This document shows, piece after piece, positions 1-10,122 of a stretch of 64,000 nucleotides of DNA. Made by a program: the position numbers and the translations under genes. Position 1 is the first letter of the stretch. The number at the start of each line of letters is the position of its first letter. The notes beneath the pieces were generated by a model. That model searched no databases. It was not told the DNA's origin and was given only the letters and a program-made list of their open reading frames with translations. This DNA comes from Candidatus Bathyarchaeota archaeon (lineage in GTDB: Archaea > Thermoproteota > Bathyarchaeia > Bathyarchaeales > Bathycorpusculaceae), in the NCBI GenBank assembly GCA_963815095.1, contig CAWFFH010000003.1, forward strand, positions 32,001 through 96,000, given 5' to 3'.

Positions 1-1
1 A

Positions 2-403
2 TTTATGCAGGTTCATCAGTTTAGCCATGTCCAGCACATCGTATCCCAGGTGAGCGGCGAATTAAGAGATGGCTTAGAAAGCTTTGATGCACTAAAAGCG
101 GTTTTTCCGGCAGGCACAGTTTCAGGTGCACCCAAAGTTCGCGCCATGGAAATAATCGAAGAACTTGAGCCATCACGCCGTGGACCGTATGCAGGGGCGG
201 TGGGTTACTTCAGCTGCAACGGCAACTCGGATTTTGCAATAACCATACGCACCCTGTTCTCTGAGGGCGACCAAGCATACATTCAGGCGGGCGCGGGCAT
301 CGTTGCCGATTCGATACCTGAAAAAGAGTGGTTTGAAACCGACCATAAAGCCAAGGCGCTGATTAAAGCCCTTGAGCACGCCGCAGGAGGCAAACAGCCA
401 TGA
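2..403 (+). CDS. trpE: Anthranilate synthase component I, C-terminal part (5'-truncated by the window edge)
   Basis: Motifs [46 protein letters not shown]; ATGA overlap with trpG. Confidence 0.95.
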   Translation, partial: FMQVHQFSHVQHIVSQVSGELRDGLESFDALKAVFPAGTVSGAPKVRAMEIIEELEPSRRGPYAGAVGYFSCNGNSDFAITIRTLFSEGDQAYIQAGAGIVADSIPEKEWFETDHKAKALIKALEHAAGGKQP

Positions 404-984
404 AAGTCATAGTCATAGATAATTATGACTCGTTTGTTTACAACCTTGTCCAATACATAGGTGAGCTTGGGGCAGAAGTAATCGTTTACAGAAACGACCA
501 AACCAGCCTCGAAGAGATAATCAATCAGAAACCTGATCGAATCGTGATTTCGCCGGGTCCAGGCACACCTGAAGATGAAAGATACTTCGGCGTCTGCACA
601 GCAATACTTCGAAACCTAAGCCCAAAAATCCCAACGTTGGGCGTCTGTCTTGGTCACCAAGGAATAATCCATGTATTCGGCGGAAAAGTCATCCACGCCA
701 AAAAACTCATGCATGGAAAAACCTGCACGATAAAACACAATCAAAAAGGCATCCTCAAAGGTGTACGTAACCCTTTCAACGCAACAAGATACCACTCGCT
801 TGCTGGCGAACGAAAATCCATTCCAGATTGCCTTGAAATTACCGCTGAATCAGTTGAGGATGGAGAAATCATGGGCATACGCCACAAGCAGTACCCGATT
901 TACGGGGTCCAATTTCATCCAGAATCCATCCTTTGCGAAGATGGCAAACTAATCATTAAGAACTTCTTGGAGGACAAACAATGA
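400..984 (+). CDS. trpG: Anthranilate synthase component II (glutamine amidotransferase)
   Basis: IDNYDSF, ISPGPG, GVCLGHQ, RYHSL, QFHPES. Confidence 0.95.
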   Translation: MKVIVIDNYDSFVYNLVQYIGELGAEVIVYRNDQTSLEEIINQKPDRIVISPGPGTPEDERYFGVCTAILRNLSPKIPTLGVCLGHQGIIHVFGGKVIHAKKLMHGKTCTIKHNQKGILKGVRNPFNATRYHSLAGERKSIPDCLEITAESVEDGEIMGIRHKQYPIYGVQFHPESILCEDGKLIIKNFLEDKQ

Positions 985-2039
985 TTCGAGAAGGCATCCA
1001 AATACTCATCGAAGGCAAAGACCTAACGTTTAAGGAATCTGGAGAAATAATGCGGGAAGTCATTTCTGGACAAGCAACAAACGCTCAAACAGCAGCTTTC
1101 CTAACAGCTCTAAGAATGAAAGGTGAAGCCGTTGATGAACTAATCGCTTTTGCTTCAGTTATGCGAGAGAATTGCTGTCAAATTCAACCCCAAGTGCAAG
1201 GGCGCTTGGTAGACACTTGCGGAACAGGCGGCGACAAAATAAAAACTTTCAACATTAGCACAGCAGCAGCATTTGTCATCGCAGGCGCTGGTGTCTCTGT
1301 AGCTAAGCATGGAAACAGGGCTGTCACCAGCAAAAGCGGAAGCGCCGATGTATTGGAAAAACTTGGCTTAAACCTCAATGTTGAAAATAAAACAATTCAA
1401 AGCATAATCGAAAAAGTCGGAATAGGCTTCATGTTTGCACCAGCATTCCATCCGGCAATGAAATATGCTGCTGAAACCCGAAGAGAAATCGGCATCCGTA
1501 CAATCTTCAACATCCTTGGGCCTTTAACGAATCCAGCATGCGCCAATGCTCAATTGCTCGGAGTTTACGACGCTAAACTAGTGGTTCCGATGGCTTATGC
1601 ATTGGAGAAGCTGGGTTGCGAGGAAGCCATGGTTGTTCATGGGCTTGATGGGTTGGACGAGATTTCAACAGTAGGCAAAACCGTTGTTGCACACTTAAAG
1701 AAGGGCAATGTGGCGAAATTGGAGTTTGTTCCAAGCAATTTTGGAGTAAAAACATCAAAAATAAGTGATTTGCAAACATCAACGATTGAGGAAAACGTTA
1801 AAATCATCTTCAAAATCCTAAAAGACAAAACTACTAGCGACGCAAAGACTGACATTGTGCTCGTTAACAGTGCCGCAGGAATCATCATTGGTGGCAAAGC
1901 AGAAAACTTTGCAGAAGCCATGGAAATCGCCAGAAAATCAATTGCGAGCGGAGCTGCATATGCTAAACTAAAAGATTTAATTAAAGCATCGAGTGGCAGT
2001 TTGAAGAGGCTTGAGGAGTTAGAAGCAAAATATGAGTGA
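981..2039 (+). CDS. trpD: Anthranilate phosphoribosyltransferase
   Basis: DTCGTGGD, FNIST, KHGNR, SGSAD, GLDE. Confidence 0.96.
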   Translation: MIREGIQILIEGKDLTFKESGEIMREVISGQATNAQTAAFLTALRMKGEAVDELIAFASVMRENCCQIQPQVQGRLVDTCGTGGDKIKTFNISTAAAFVIAGAGVSVAKHGNRAVTSKSGSADVLEKLGLNLNVENKTIQSIIEKVGIGFMFAPAFHPAMKYAAETRREIGIRTIFNILGPLTNPACANAQLLGVYDAKLVVPMAYALEKLGCEEAMVVHGLDGLDEISTVGKTVVAHLKKGNVAKLEFVPSNFGVKTSKISDLQTSTIEENVKIIFKILKDKTTSDAKTDIVLVNSAAGIIIGGKAENFAEAMEIARKSIASGAAYAKLKDLIKASSGSLKRLEELEAKYE

Positions 2040-2808
2040 TTACCTTGATTTGCTGGCGCATGGAGCCCAAATAACCATTGAGAGCGAATACTATGAGAAA
2101 GCTCTTCATGCTGAGAGTTTTCAGGTTAGCTTGAAGAAGGCGATTTTGAACAGTAAAGTAAATCCGATAATAACTGAAATTAAATCTGCCTCGCCATCTG
2201 CAGGAGTCATTAGGACTAAGGTTGAACCGGCATTGATTGCTAAGTCCATGAAAAAAGGCGGAGCTACAGCCCTATCAGTTTTAACTGAACCAAAACAGTT
2301 CAACGGATCCTTAGAAGCTCTATCTCAAGCTAGAAAAGCTGTAGACCTTCCAATCTTAATGAAAGACATCATTTTGAGCCCCATACAAGTCTTTGCCGCA
2401 TCAAAACTTGGAGCCAACGCTGTTCTACTGATTCAAGCACTTTTTGACCGTGAATATTGTGAAAAAAATCTAACTGAAATGATTACTGGAGCTCACGTTT
2501 TGGGGTTGGAGGTTTTGCTTGAAACTCACACCGAAACCGAGTTTAATAATGCCGTAAAAACGGATGCTGACTTGATTGGGATAAATAACCGTAATCTTGC
2601 AACTTTAAAGGTAGACCTCAATGTAACCAAACAGATTCTTACAAAAAATAATCCAAACGGAAAAATAGTCGTAAGTGAGAGCGGAATAAACACGCCTGCA
2701 GACATTTGTTTTCTACGTGAATGTGGAACACGCGCTTTCCTGATTGGTTCAGCAATAATGTTAAATGATAACATTGAGAAAAAAGTTAAGGAGTTTGTTG
2801 AAGCATGA
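2032..2808 (+). CDS. trpC: Indole-3-glycerol phosphate synthase
   Basis: [28 protein letters not shown]. Confidence 0.95.
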   Translation: MSDYLDLLAHGAQITIESEYYEKALHAESFQVSLKKAILNSKVNPIITEIKSASPSAGVIRTKVEPALIAKSMKKGGATALSVLTEPKQFNGSLEALSQARKAVDLPILMKDIILSPIQVFAASKLGANAVLLIQALFDREYCEKNLTEMITGAHVLGLEVLLETHTETEFNNAVKTDADLIGINNRNLATLKVDLNVTKQILTKNNPNGKIVVSESGINTPADICFLRECGTRAFLIGSAIMLNDNIEKKVKEFVEA

Positions 2809-4001
2809 AACTAAGCAACTACCCTATTGACGGCAAATATGGACGGTATGGCGGGCGTTTTGTTCCCGAGGTTTTAATGGAAGCCATCAGTGAACTTGAA
2901 CAAGCTTACAATAAAGCCAGAAAAGACCCTGAATTCCAGAAACAATTGGAATACTATCTTTCTGAATTTGTGGGCAGACCAACACCGCTCTATCTCGCTG
3001 AAAACCTGACGCGGAAGCTGGATGGAGCAAAAATCTACCTCAAACGCGAAGACTTGGCCCATGGTGGAGCTCACAAAATAAACAATACCATTGGACAAGC
3101 ATTGCTTGCCAAGCGGATGGGCAAAACACGTATAATCGCAGAAACTGGAGCAGGACAACATGGTGTCGCAACTGCGATTGCCTGTGCTGCTTTAGGTTTG
3201 AAAGCTGAGGTTTATATGGGTACCGAAGACTGCGAACGCCAACGTCTCAACGTTTTTCGAATGAAACTCTTAAACGCAGAGGTGCATCCTGTGGAAACAG
3301 GCTCCAAAACCCTCAAAGACTCAATAAACGAAGCGTTCAGAGACTGGGTAACTAACCTTGAAACCACCTATTATCTGATTGGTTCAGTTGTGGGTCCGCA
3401 TCCTTACCCGATGATTGTCCGCGATTTCCAAAGCGTAATTGGCAACGAAATAAAAGAGCAATTCAAGCAAAAAGAAGGCGGATTGCCCGATGCGCTGGTG
3501 GCTTGTGTGGGCGGTGGAAGTAACGCTATTGGAACTTTTTACCCATTTGAGGACGATTCCTCAGTGAAACTTTGTGGTGTTGAGGCTGCAGGCAAAGGCA
3601 TAGAAACAGGCAAACATGCCGCATCTCTTAACGCTGGCACCGAAGGCGTCTTCCACGGAATGCTAACCTATGTACTCCAAGACAGCAACGGACAAATCCA
3701 GAACACAAGCAGCGTTTCAGCAGGCTTAGATTACCCAGGCGTCGGACCAGAACACTCGTTCCTAAAAATCTCTAAACGCGCAGAATATGCCTCTATTACA
3801 GACAAAGAAGCAGTGGCTGCCTTCCTGGAATTGTCTAAGGAAGAAGGAATTTTGCCAGCGTTGGAATCTTCACACGCCGTAGCGCACGCAATGAAACTTG
3901 CACCGAAAATGAAGAAAAACCAATCAATCGTGATTACATTGTCAGGTCGCGGAGACAAAGACGTTGAAACCATAGCTGATTACATTGGAGCCAAAATATG
4001 A
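2805..4001 (+). CDS. trpB: Tryptophan synthase beta chain (TrpB1 type)
   Basis: GAHKINN (PLP lysine), [33 protein letters not shown]. Confidence 0.97.
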   Translation: MKLSNYPIDGKYGRYGGRFVPEVLMEAISELEQAYNKARKDPEFQKQLEYYLSEFVGRPTPLYLAENLTRKLDGAKIYLKREDLAHGGAHKINNTIGQALLAKRMGKTRIIAETGAGQHGVATAIACAALGLKAEVYMGTEDCERQRLNVFRMKLLNAEVHPVETGSKTLKDSINEAFRDWVTNLETTYYLIGSVVGPHPYPMIVRDFQSVIGNEIKEQFKQKEGGLPDALVACVGGGSNAIGTFYPFEDDSSVKLCGVEAAGKGIETGKHAASLNAGTEGVFHGMLTYVLQDSNGQIQNTSSVSAGLDYPGVGPEHSFLKISKRAEYASITDKEAVAAFLELSKEEGILPALESSHAVAHAMKLAPKMKKNQSIVITLSGRGDKDVETIADYIGAKI

Positions 4002-4804
4002 ACAACCTAACCAAAGCATTCCAAAATGCAAAAACGCAGGGAAATGGGGCATTAATTGGCTATATTATGGCTGGAGACCCAACCCCTGAGCATACGCCCA
4101 AAATTGCAGATGCTCTCATCAAAGGCGGCGTAGACATCCTTGAGCTGGGGTTGCCTTTTTCTGACCCTATAGCTGATGGACCCACAATTCAAGCTGCAGG
4201 ATTGCGAGCTTTGAATTCCGGAACCACGCCGATGCAGGTGCTTAAAATTGCTAAACAAATCAAAAGCAAACACGACATACCAATCGTTATTATGACTTAC
4301 TATAATCCTGTATTCCGAATCGGACTCGACAAATTCTTGGGTTCAGCTAAGGACTACATGGTTGACGGTTTCATAATTCCTGACTTGCCAGTAGAAGAAG
4401 CATCAGACTACAAAAAAGCTGCCAAAGCGCAGGGCTTGGATACGATTTTTCTTGCGGCACCATCAACATCAAACGAACGTTTAACCAAAATAGCCAAGGC
4501 CTCTTCCGGCTTCCTTTATTTGGTTTCACATTATGGCGTCACGGGAACAAAAACAACTGTCGAAGACTCAACCGTCCAATTAATCAAACGTGTCCTTCCA
4601 TTCACGGCTGGAAAAATTCCCTTAGCAGTTGGGTTTGGTATCTCAAAACCTGAACATGTGGAGCGCATCATTGCATCAGGAGCAGATGCGGTAATCGTTG
4701 GCAGCGCATTCATAAACATCATCCAAAAAGACAAACCAACAATGCTAAAAAATCTCCAAACAACTGCAGAAGCACTCAAAACAGCAACAAAAATCATAAA
4801 ATAA
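3998..4804 (+). CDS. trpA: Tryptophan synthase alpha chain
   Basis: [38 protein letters not shown]. Confidence 0.97.
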   Translation: MNNLTKAFQNAKTQGNGALIGYIMAGDPTPEHTPKIADALIKGGVDILELGLPFSDPIADGPTIQAAGLRALNSGTTPMQVLKIAKQIKSKHDIPIVIMTYYNPVFRIGLDKFLGSAKDYMVDGFIIPDLPVEEASDYKKAAKAQGLDTIFLAAPSTSNERLTKIAKASSGFLYLVSHYGVTGTKTTVEDSTVQLIKRVLPFTAGKIPLAVGFGISKPEHVERIIASGADAVIVGSAFINIIQKDKPTMLKNLQTTAEALKTATKIIK

Positions 4805-4827
4805 CCAGAAACTGCTCCGCCACCACT

Positions 4828-4843
4828 GGGAAAGTTTTATAGT
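4828..4843 (+). promoter_or_regulatory. BRE/TATA promoter of the SRP RNA
   Basis: GGGAAAG-TTTTATAG about 25 nt upstream of the predicted 7S RNA 5' end. Confidence 0.6.
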
Positions 4844-4864
4844 TGGATTAATCCATCTATGTGC

Positions 4865-5183
4865 GGCGGTGGATCTTAAGCGGTGGGTTAGGGGTCCATT
4901 GTACCGTAAATCCTCTACATGACGGGCTGACATCTGCGGATGAGGCGTCAAAGGCCGCTTGAACTTCCATTTCCGAACCAGTGACTATCCGTCCTTTGGG
5001 GCTGGCGGTCGATGGGTGGCTTCCGTAGGGAAGTTACTTCATCGTTCAGCAGGCGAACCTGGCTAGGCTCGGGAGAGAGCAACCTAAGTTTGGACGTTAT
5101 GCGCTCAAGGGGGTGCGGGTAAGAGTGTAGGGTTTGGAGGCTTCAGACGGATTCTGGGCGTCAAACCGCAGTGGTCCACCGCT
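4865..5183 (+). ncRNA. ffs: Archaeal signal recognition particle RNA (7S RNA)
   Basis: GC-rich, about 320 nt. Terminal helix GCGGTGGATC (4866-4875) pairs with GGTCCACCGC (5173-5182). Helix 6 CGATG-GGTGGCTTCC-GTAG-GGAAGTTACT-TCATCG has a GNAR loop. Helix 8 CTAGGCTC-GGGA-GAGAGCAACC carries the SRP54-binding AGG/AGC loop and a GNRA tetraloop. Confidence 0.93.
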
Positions 5184-5206
5184 ACTTAGTTTCGTTTGTG
5201 AAAAAG

Positions 5207-7705
5207 TTAGGTTAAAGGGAGTTGAATAGTGAAGGTTGTTCCTTCGCCCAGTTGGCTTTCAAAGCTTATTTTTCCGCCCTGCGCTTCTATTAGACGCTTT
5301 ACCACCGCCAAACCAAAGCCTTGTCCTTTTGATTTTGTAGTAAATAAAGGCGTGAAAAGTCTGTTTTTTACTTCCTCAGGAATACCTTCGCCCGTATCTT
5401 CAATATTAATGAAAGCATAATCTGCCGTATATTTTGCGGTAATTTTCAGGATTCCGCCGTTTGTCATGGCTTGTACCGCATTTTGGATTAAATTTATCAG
5501 TGCCCGTTTGAGCATTGAAAAGTCAGCTATAAACGTTGGAAAACCTTTCTCAAATAACATGTTTACTTGTAGATTGCTTGGAATGGCAACGATAAGTAAG
5601 GCTTCTTCGATGGCTTTTTCGATATTTACTTTTTCTTTGTTCGGTTTTAGGGGTTTTGTGTAATCTTGCAAATCTGCAACTATCTTGTCAATATAGAACA
5701 AGTTTTCCTCGATGTTGGTCACACTTTCCATTATGTTCTTTTTTGCGTCGCAACTTGGCATAGAAGATAATTCATCTTTGGCAAGGTAAAGTTCTCCAAC
5801 GATGGCTTGCAATGGATTGCGAATATCATGCCCAACCATGCCTGCAGTTTGCCCAATAGCAACTAAACGCATGTTTTCTCTCAATTGCTTTGCTCTTTCG
5901 TTGGCAAGCTTTTCCATTTGATTAGCGTATTCTTCCAGTTGACAAGTTGCTTGTTCTCTGTCTTTGCGAAGTCTCAATATCTCGATGCCGTATGCGAAGT
6001 CGTTGGATAATTCTGTTAGGAGCTTTATTTCTTCATTGGAGAAGGGGTCTAGTTCTTGGCTGTAGATATTTAGGGCGCCAAAAGTTTTGTTATCAAATGA
6101 TGATAGCGGCAAGACAAGTGATGCTGTGTATTTTCTTTTGGTGGCTTGTTCGCGCCATGGCTCAAAATTAGGATCTGTATTCATGTTTTTGCAGGCGTAT
6201 GGTCTTCCTGTTCGAATTACAGTTCCCGTTGGTCCTCGTCCCCGTGGTTTATCTTCCCAAGTTATGTTTAAATGATCAATGTACTCTTTATCGAAACCTG
6301 CAAAGACTACTGGTCTTACAGTTTTGTTTTTGTCATGTTCTGCTTTGCCCACCCAAACAAGTGGGTAGCCACAGTCGTGGATAATTATGTTGCAGACTTC
6401 TTGGGTTAATGTGGTTTCGTCGGTTGCATGCATGAGGGCTTGGCTGCTGTTGCTGATTGCTCTTAGATGACGATTAAGTTTACTGAGGGCATCCTCTGAT
6501 TTTTTACGTTCAGTAATGTTCCTTGCAACATGTACCGAACCAATCAAGGTCCCTTTATCATCTCTTAGGGGCGACGTGCTAACTAAGAAGTCTCCTCCAA
6601 GGCGCTGTTCATGCACTTCGGCCGTATGTTCTTTCCCATCATTAACAGTTTGTGAGTGTGGACAAAAATCAGGCGGCTTATCTAAGCCGTGAACACATTG
6701 ATAACAGAATAATCCAACTGCTTTTTCAGGAGATACACCCAACTGCTGCGCCATAGCCTTGTTTGCCCGCACAATTCTAAACTGATTATCAAGAACCGCT
6801 ACAAAATCTGGAACACTATCAAAAGTGCGTTCCCAATCGTTCTTTGCCTTCCAAAGCTCTTGTTCAGCCATTTTCTGTTTCGTAATATCCTGAACCATCC
6901 CCACAGAGCGAACAATCTTACCCGATTCATTCCTGATATGCTCGCATTTTTCGTAAACTATCCGTATTTCGCCCGTATGCTTCCTTACAACCTTATGCTC
7001 AATCTCATAAGTGTCTCTTCCCTCACGCAGCGAGCCAGAATATGCTGCGTCCACAGCAGCCCTATCGTCGGGGTGTATTGCATTGAGGAATGCTTCGTAG
7101 GTTGCTCCGAACTCCTGAGGCTTCAACCCGAAGATTCGGTAAACCTCATCCGACCAATTAAGCTTATTATTTATTATGTCCAGTTCCCAACTGCCAAGAT
7201 GGGCGATTTCTTGACTTCGATTGAGGCGTTTTTCGTTTTCCTCTAATGCCTCCTGTGTCTGTTTGCGCTTTGTTATATCTTCAAATATGGCAGCAAAATA
7301 CCCTTTTTGAGGGCAATACACAGAAACGGATAACCATAAACTCAAGGGCTTAAAATAAATTTCAAATCTTTCTTCCTTGCAGGAAAAGGCAACTCGGCCA
7401 TAAATTTCGAACAATTCAGGATTAGCTTCTTTAATTCCTGGAATAGCTTCCGTAACTTTCCTTCCGAGAACTAGCTCCCTTTTCAGTCCTGTTATTCTCG
7501 TGAAGGCATCATTAATTTCTAAATAAACAAAGTCTAATGGCTTATTTTCTTCATCAAAAATCATCTTGCAGAAAGCAAACCCATCCATCATATTCGAGAA
7601 GAGGGAGCTATAGCGTTCTTCACTTGCTCTAAGTCTTTCTTCTGCACTTAAGTAATCATGGTTAAATGTTGCTTGCAGAGAAGGGCTACGGGAAAACTCG
7701 TCCAT
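5207..7705 (-). CDS. Cytoplasmic multi-sensor histidine kinase (3 PAS/PAC + GAF + HisKA/HATPase)
   Basis: PAS motifs, GAF (GRGPTG), H-box GHDIRNPL, N-box NLIQNA, G boxes DTGEGI and GFGLA; no TM segment seen. Confidence 0.92.
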   Translation of the reverse strand: MDEFSRSPSLQATFNHDYLSAEERLRASEERYSSLFSNMMDGFAFCKMIFDEENKPLDFVYLEINDAFTRITGLKRELVLGRKVTEAIPGIKEANPELFEIYGRVAFSCKEERFEIYFKPLSLWLSVSVYCPQKGYFAAIFEDITKRKQTQEALEENEKRLNRSQEIAHLGSWELDIINNKLNWSDEVYRIFGLKPQEFGATYEAFLNAIHPDDRAAVDAAYSGSLREGRDTYEIEHKVVRKHTGEIRIVYEKCEHIRNESGKIVRSVGMVQDITKQKMAEQELWKAKNDWERTFDSVPDFVAVLDNQFRIVRANKAMAQQLGVSPEKAVGLFCYQCVHGLDKPPDFCPHSQTVNDGKEHTAEVHEQRLGGDFLVSTSPLRDDKGTLIGSVHVARNITERKKSEDALSKLNRHLRAISNSSQALMHATDETTLTQEVCNIIIHDCGYPLVWVGKAEHDKNKTVRPVVFAGFDKEYIDHLNITWEDKPRGRGPTGTVIRTGRPYACKNMNTDPNFEPWREQATKRKYTASLVLPLSSFDNKTFGALNIYSQELDPFSNEEIKLLTELSNDFAYGIEILRLRKDREQATCQLEEYANQMEKLANERAKQLRENMRLVAIGQTAGMVGHDIRNPLQAIVGELYLAKDELSSMPSCDAKKNIMESVTNIEENLFYIDKIVADLQDYTKPLKPNKEKVNIEKAIEEALLIVAIPSNLQVNMLFEKGFPTFIADFSMLKRALINLIQNAVQAMTNGGILKITAKYTADYAFINIEDTGEGIPEEVKNRLFTPLFTTKSKGQGFGLAVVKRLIEAQGGKISFESQLGEGTTFTIQLPLT

Positions 7706-8002
7706 TGGGTTCTAGCTCCCTAGAAATAAACATGAAGGTGAACAGAATCTAATAAAACTTGTTAAAAATCTTGAATTATCCTGAAAACTTATACTTGATA
7801 GTTAGAACAAAGCCAATTTCATTTGGCACGGGCTTGTTATTTCAAAAACAAACTTTGAATACACATGAAAAGTTAGAGAACAAAAATAGCACAATTCAGT
7901 CTGCAATGCGTCGAAAATCAATTGTTCAAACTCTGAAATCCTATATTAGATGTGTGGCTGGGTTTGCTCTAAGCCCCCTCGGAATCTTTCTATTTTAAGT
8001 AG

Positions 8003-8551
8003 TTATTTAGATTCATCTATGCCTTTTTTGTAGAGCGCCTTATCTATTACTCTTACGTCGAGGTTTTGTTTGGCTGCGGTTTTTCTGATGACGGCGAGCA
8101 GGACGAGGTAGTTTTGGGTGGTTTGCATGTTTGGGGGCACGTTGCCGAGGAGTGCTTTCCAAGTGTGTTGGTCGAGAATGCAGTATTGTTTGGGATCGAA
8201 GAATGCCAAGATGACGCTGGCTAAGATGGGGCTGATACCTTCCAGAAGAGTGAGACAGTTCATGCGGTAGCTGTCTTCGCAACCTGGAATGCTCAGTGCT
8301 TGGCTGGTTAATCGGTTAACTGTTGTTTCGTCGTTTCGAGCCACCAATGCTAAACTGCGTGCTTGCCTCTCAGCGACATCTTTGAATTTCCATTCAACAA
8401 TCGAAGCCAAATCCTTACAAGTCAAAGACTTATTTTTGCGAAATTTTGCCCCGAGTTCCCGCTCCCGCTGCGCCTGCCACCCAAAGGCTTTGTCGTATTT
8501 GCGGCTCCACATCAAGAAGTCAGCTTTGTCCACACAATCACCATGCAACAA
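8003..8551 (-). CDS. Hypothetical protein with HhH-GPD glycosylase-like motif
   Basis: IVEWK ... LEGISPILASVILAFFDPKQYCILD ... DKALY resembles the helix-hairpin-helix plus Asp core. Confidence 0.6.
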   Translation of the reverse strand: MLHGDCVDKADFLMWSRKYDKAFGWQAQRERELGAKFRKNKSLTCKDLASIVEWKFKDVAERQARSLALVARNDETTVNRLTSQALSIPGCEDSYRMNCLTLLEGISPILASVILAFFDPKQYCILDQHTWKALLGNVPPNMQTTQNYLVLLAVIRKTAAKQNLDVRVIDKALYKKGIDESK

Positions 8552-8616
8552 CTAATTGCGTTGCGCTTGCTTTTCAGCGTTTGCCCAAACAACAATAAAA
8601 ATTAAGAAAAGGGTGT

Positions 8617-8742
8617 TTAATTTTGGTCTACTAGGTGTGCTGTTCCGTCTGGACAGTAAACTTTCTCATCTTTGCTAACACGCCTGTACCTTTCACTACA
8701 CATATGCAGAAGGGTGCAACCGTCGCAATCTCTACTCAACAC
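8617..8742 (-). CDS. 41-aa Cys/His microprotein MLSRDCDGCTLLHMCSERYRRVSKDEKVYCPDGTAHLVDQN (not in ORF track)
   Basis: GTG start about 9 nt after AGGAGG; TATA-like CTTATAAG upstream; CxxC-x5-C...CPDGxxH. Confidence 0.75.
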   Translation of the reverse strand: MLSRDCDGCTLLHMCSERYRRVSKDEKVYCPDGTAHLVDQN

Positions 8743-8823
8743 TTTTTTTCGCCTCCTATTAGGGCATCTTGCATCAGTGAAATCTGCTTATAAGGCTATG
8801 TAATATGGGCGTATATACGCACG

Positions 8824-8928
8824 CTAATGTTTTCTCGTGCGGGCTATGCAAGTTTTGTAGGCGATGCAGTCATGGGAGCATGGGGTGGCTGTTTTGGTTT
8901 GGCAATCCAAGATTATTGTGCTGTTCAT
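8824..8928 (-). CDS. 34-aa Cys-rich microprotein MNSTIILDCQTKTATPCSHDCIAYKTCIARTRKH (not in ORF track)
   Basis: ATG after an AGGTGA Shine-Dalgarno; four Cys (C-x7-C-x3-C-x5-C). Confidence 0.6.
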   Translation of the reverse strand: MNSTIILDCQTKTATPCSHDCIAYKTCIARTRKH

Positions 8929-9222
8929 GTTGTTTCACCTTGTTTTGTGCTCTTGGCTAGGACTGAACGCGGGGATGGGGTACACGTGAATATGAAAGGC
9001 AAAAGAAACATGCCTGAACAGTTTTCTTCTTGTGCCGCTAAATCCATCATGCCTTATCCACATGTTTTGTTTTGCTCTGATAGGTATGTGCATATGTTGA
9101 GATTTAAAGGATTTTGAGAAATGTTCATAAATTTTATGAAAACATCTGCATCCGTTTAACTAAAACAACGCATTTACGGTAAACAAGCATGAATTAACCT
9201 AAATATTGGACAAAAAAATATC

Positions 9223-9735
9223 CTAACCGTGACTTTCGACGCGGACGATAGGTTTACCCATAATATCTCTGATGTTATCCGCTACTGTGGAAGGGTGATG
9301 GACAAGCCTCAGTCTGGTTTCCCGTTCACCCTGAGAGTTAACCTTTATCTCCCCATAACCAAAAATCCTGCCTCCCACGGACTGGTAAAATAGCAGATCT
9401 CCAAACCCAGAAGGAGTAACGACAAACGAATTTAACCGTGCGATGCCCCGCTTGACTTCTAAGCCATCCTGACGAAGGATGTAAGTGTTTGAGGCGCGAA
9501 GGAACAGTAGCTCAATTATGCTGATGAACCAAATCGCAGCAAATAGAAAAAAAGTCCATGACCAAACAGGCAACCCAATCAAGGCATCCCCAGCGACTTT
9601 AGCGTAGAATTCTAGCCATAGAAAAACAATCGCCACTACAATTACGGTGACGGTCCGGATGATGACGGCTGGGACAATCCAGGGCTTACCCGACCAGACA
9701 ACGTCGCTATGAGAAACTTTGCTGTTAGAAGTCAA
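9223..9735 (-). CDS. Membrane protein with bacterial PH (bPH_2-like) domain
   Basis: Two TM helices followed by Y..T...L.V.RG-like and QS..GRIFGYG.I.V patterns. Confidence 0.75.
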   Translation of the reverse strand: MTSNSKVSHSDVVWSGKPWIVPAVIIRTVTVIVVAIVFLWLEFYAKVAGDALIGLPVWSWTFFLFAAIWFISIIELLFLRASNTYILRQDGLEVKRGIARLNSFVVTPSGFGDLLFYQSVGGRIFGYGEIKVNSQGERETRLRLVHHPSTVADNIRDIMGKPIVRVESHG

Positions 9736-9791
9736 CTAAAACATAACCACTAGAAACAGAGGATAATTGATATTTAAACCTTCAAGCTAAG

Positions 9792-10106
9792 CTACATGAC
9801 TGGTCTGTGGGGGAAGAGGCTTTCGATTGAGCGAAGCAGTTGGTAGCCGAAGAGTATGGCGACAAAGTAGGTAGGCCACAGAATCACAGGCCAGTTACCA
9901 GGAGTATAGTTCCAAAGCCCAGTTGAGACTGCAAAGTACTCCATAAGCGCCAGCGAAAACATGCCGCCGAACGCGAGGAAAACCTGCTGTTTAACTTCGT
10001 GTTTTGCGCCCCATTTGCCTCTTAAAACAAATAAAATCGCCCAAGCGGCTAAGAAACCAAATAGAAGCACATACCAATCGGAATTAAAATTGAAAATAAC
10101 ATTCAT
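9792..10106 (-). CDS. Small integral membrane protein
   Basis: Three hydrophobic segments; EYFAVSTGLWNY motif. Confidence 0.7.
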   Translation of the reverse strand: MNVIFNFNSDWYVLLFGFLAAWAILFVLRGKWGAKHEVKQQVFLAFGGMFSLALMEYFAVSTGLWNYTPGNWPVILWPTYFVAILFGYQLLRSIESLFPHRPVM

Positions 10107-10122
10107 GTTTTATACCAAGATT

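Noticed and set aside
4865-5183. GC-rich structured RNA after trpA considered as a novel ncRNA or attenuator
   Set aside because: Helix 6 and helix 8 motifs and terminal pairing identify it as the ordinary archaeal SRP RNA; ORF 4745-4951 is its antisense shadow.
7759-7998. 79-aa ORF here, and the 96-aa ORF at 8827-9117
   Set aside because: No Shine-Dalgarno or recognisable motif; the second is antisense to better-supported microproteins.
9031-9050. MMDLAAQ heptapeptide shared between the 9050-8925 ORF and the 14918-15115 protein, with synonymous differences
   Set aside because: No similarity outside seven residues and the 9050 ORF is itself uncertain; treated as coincidence.
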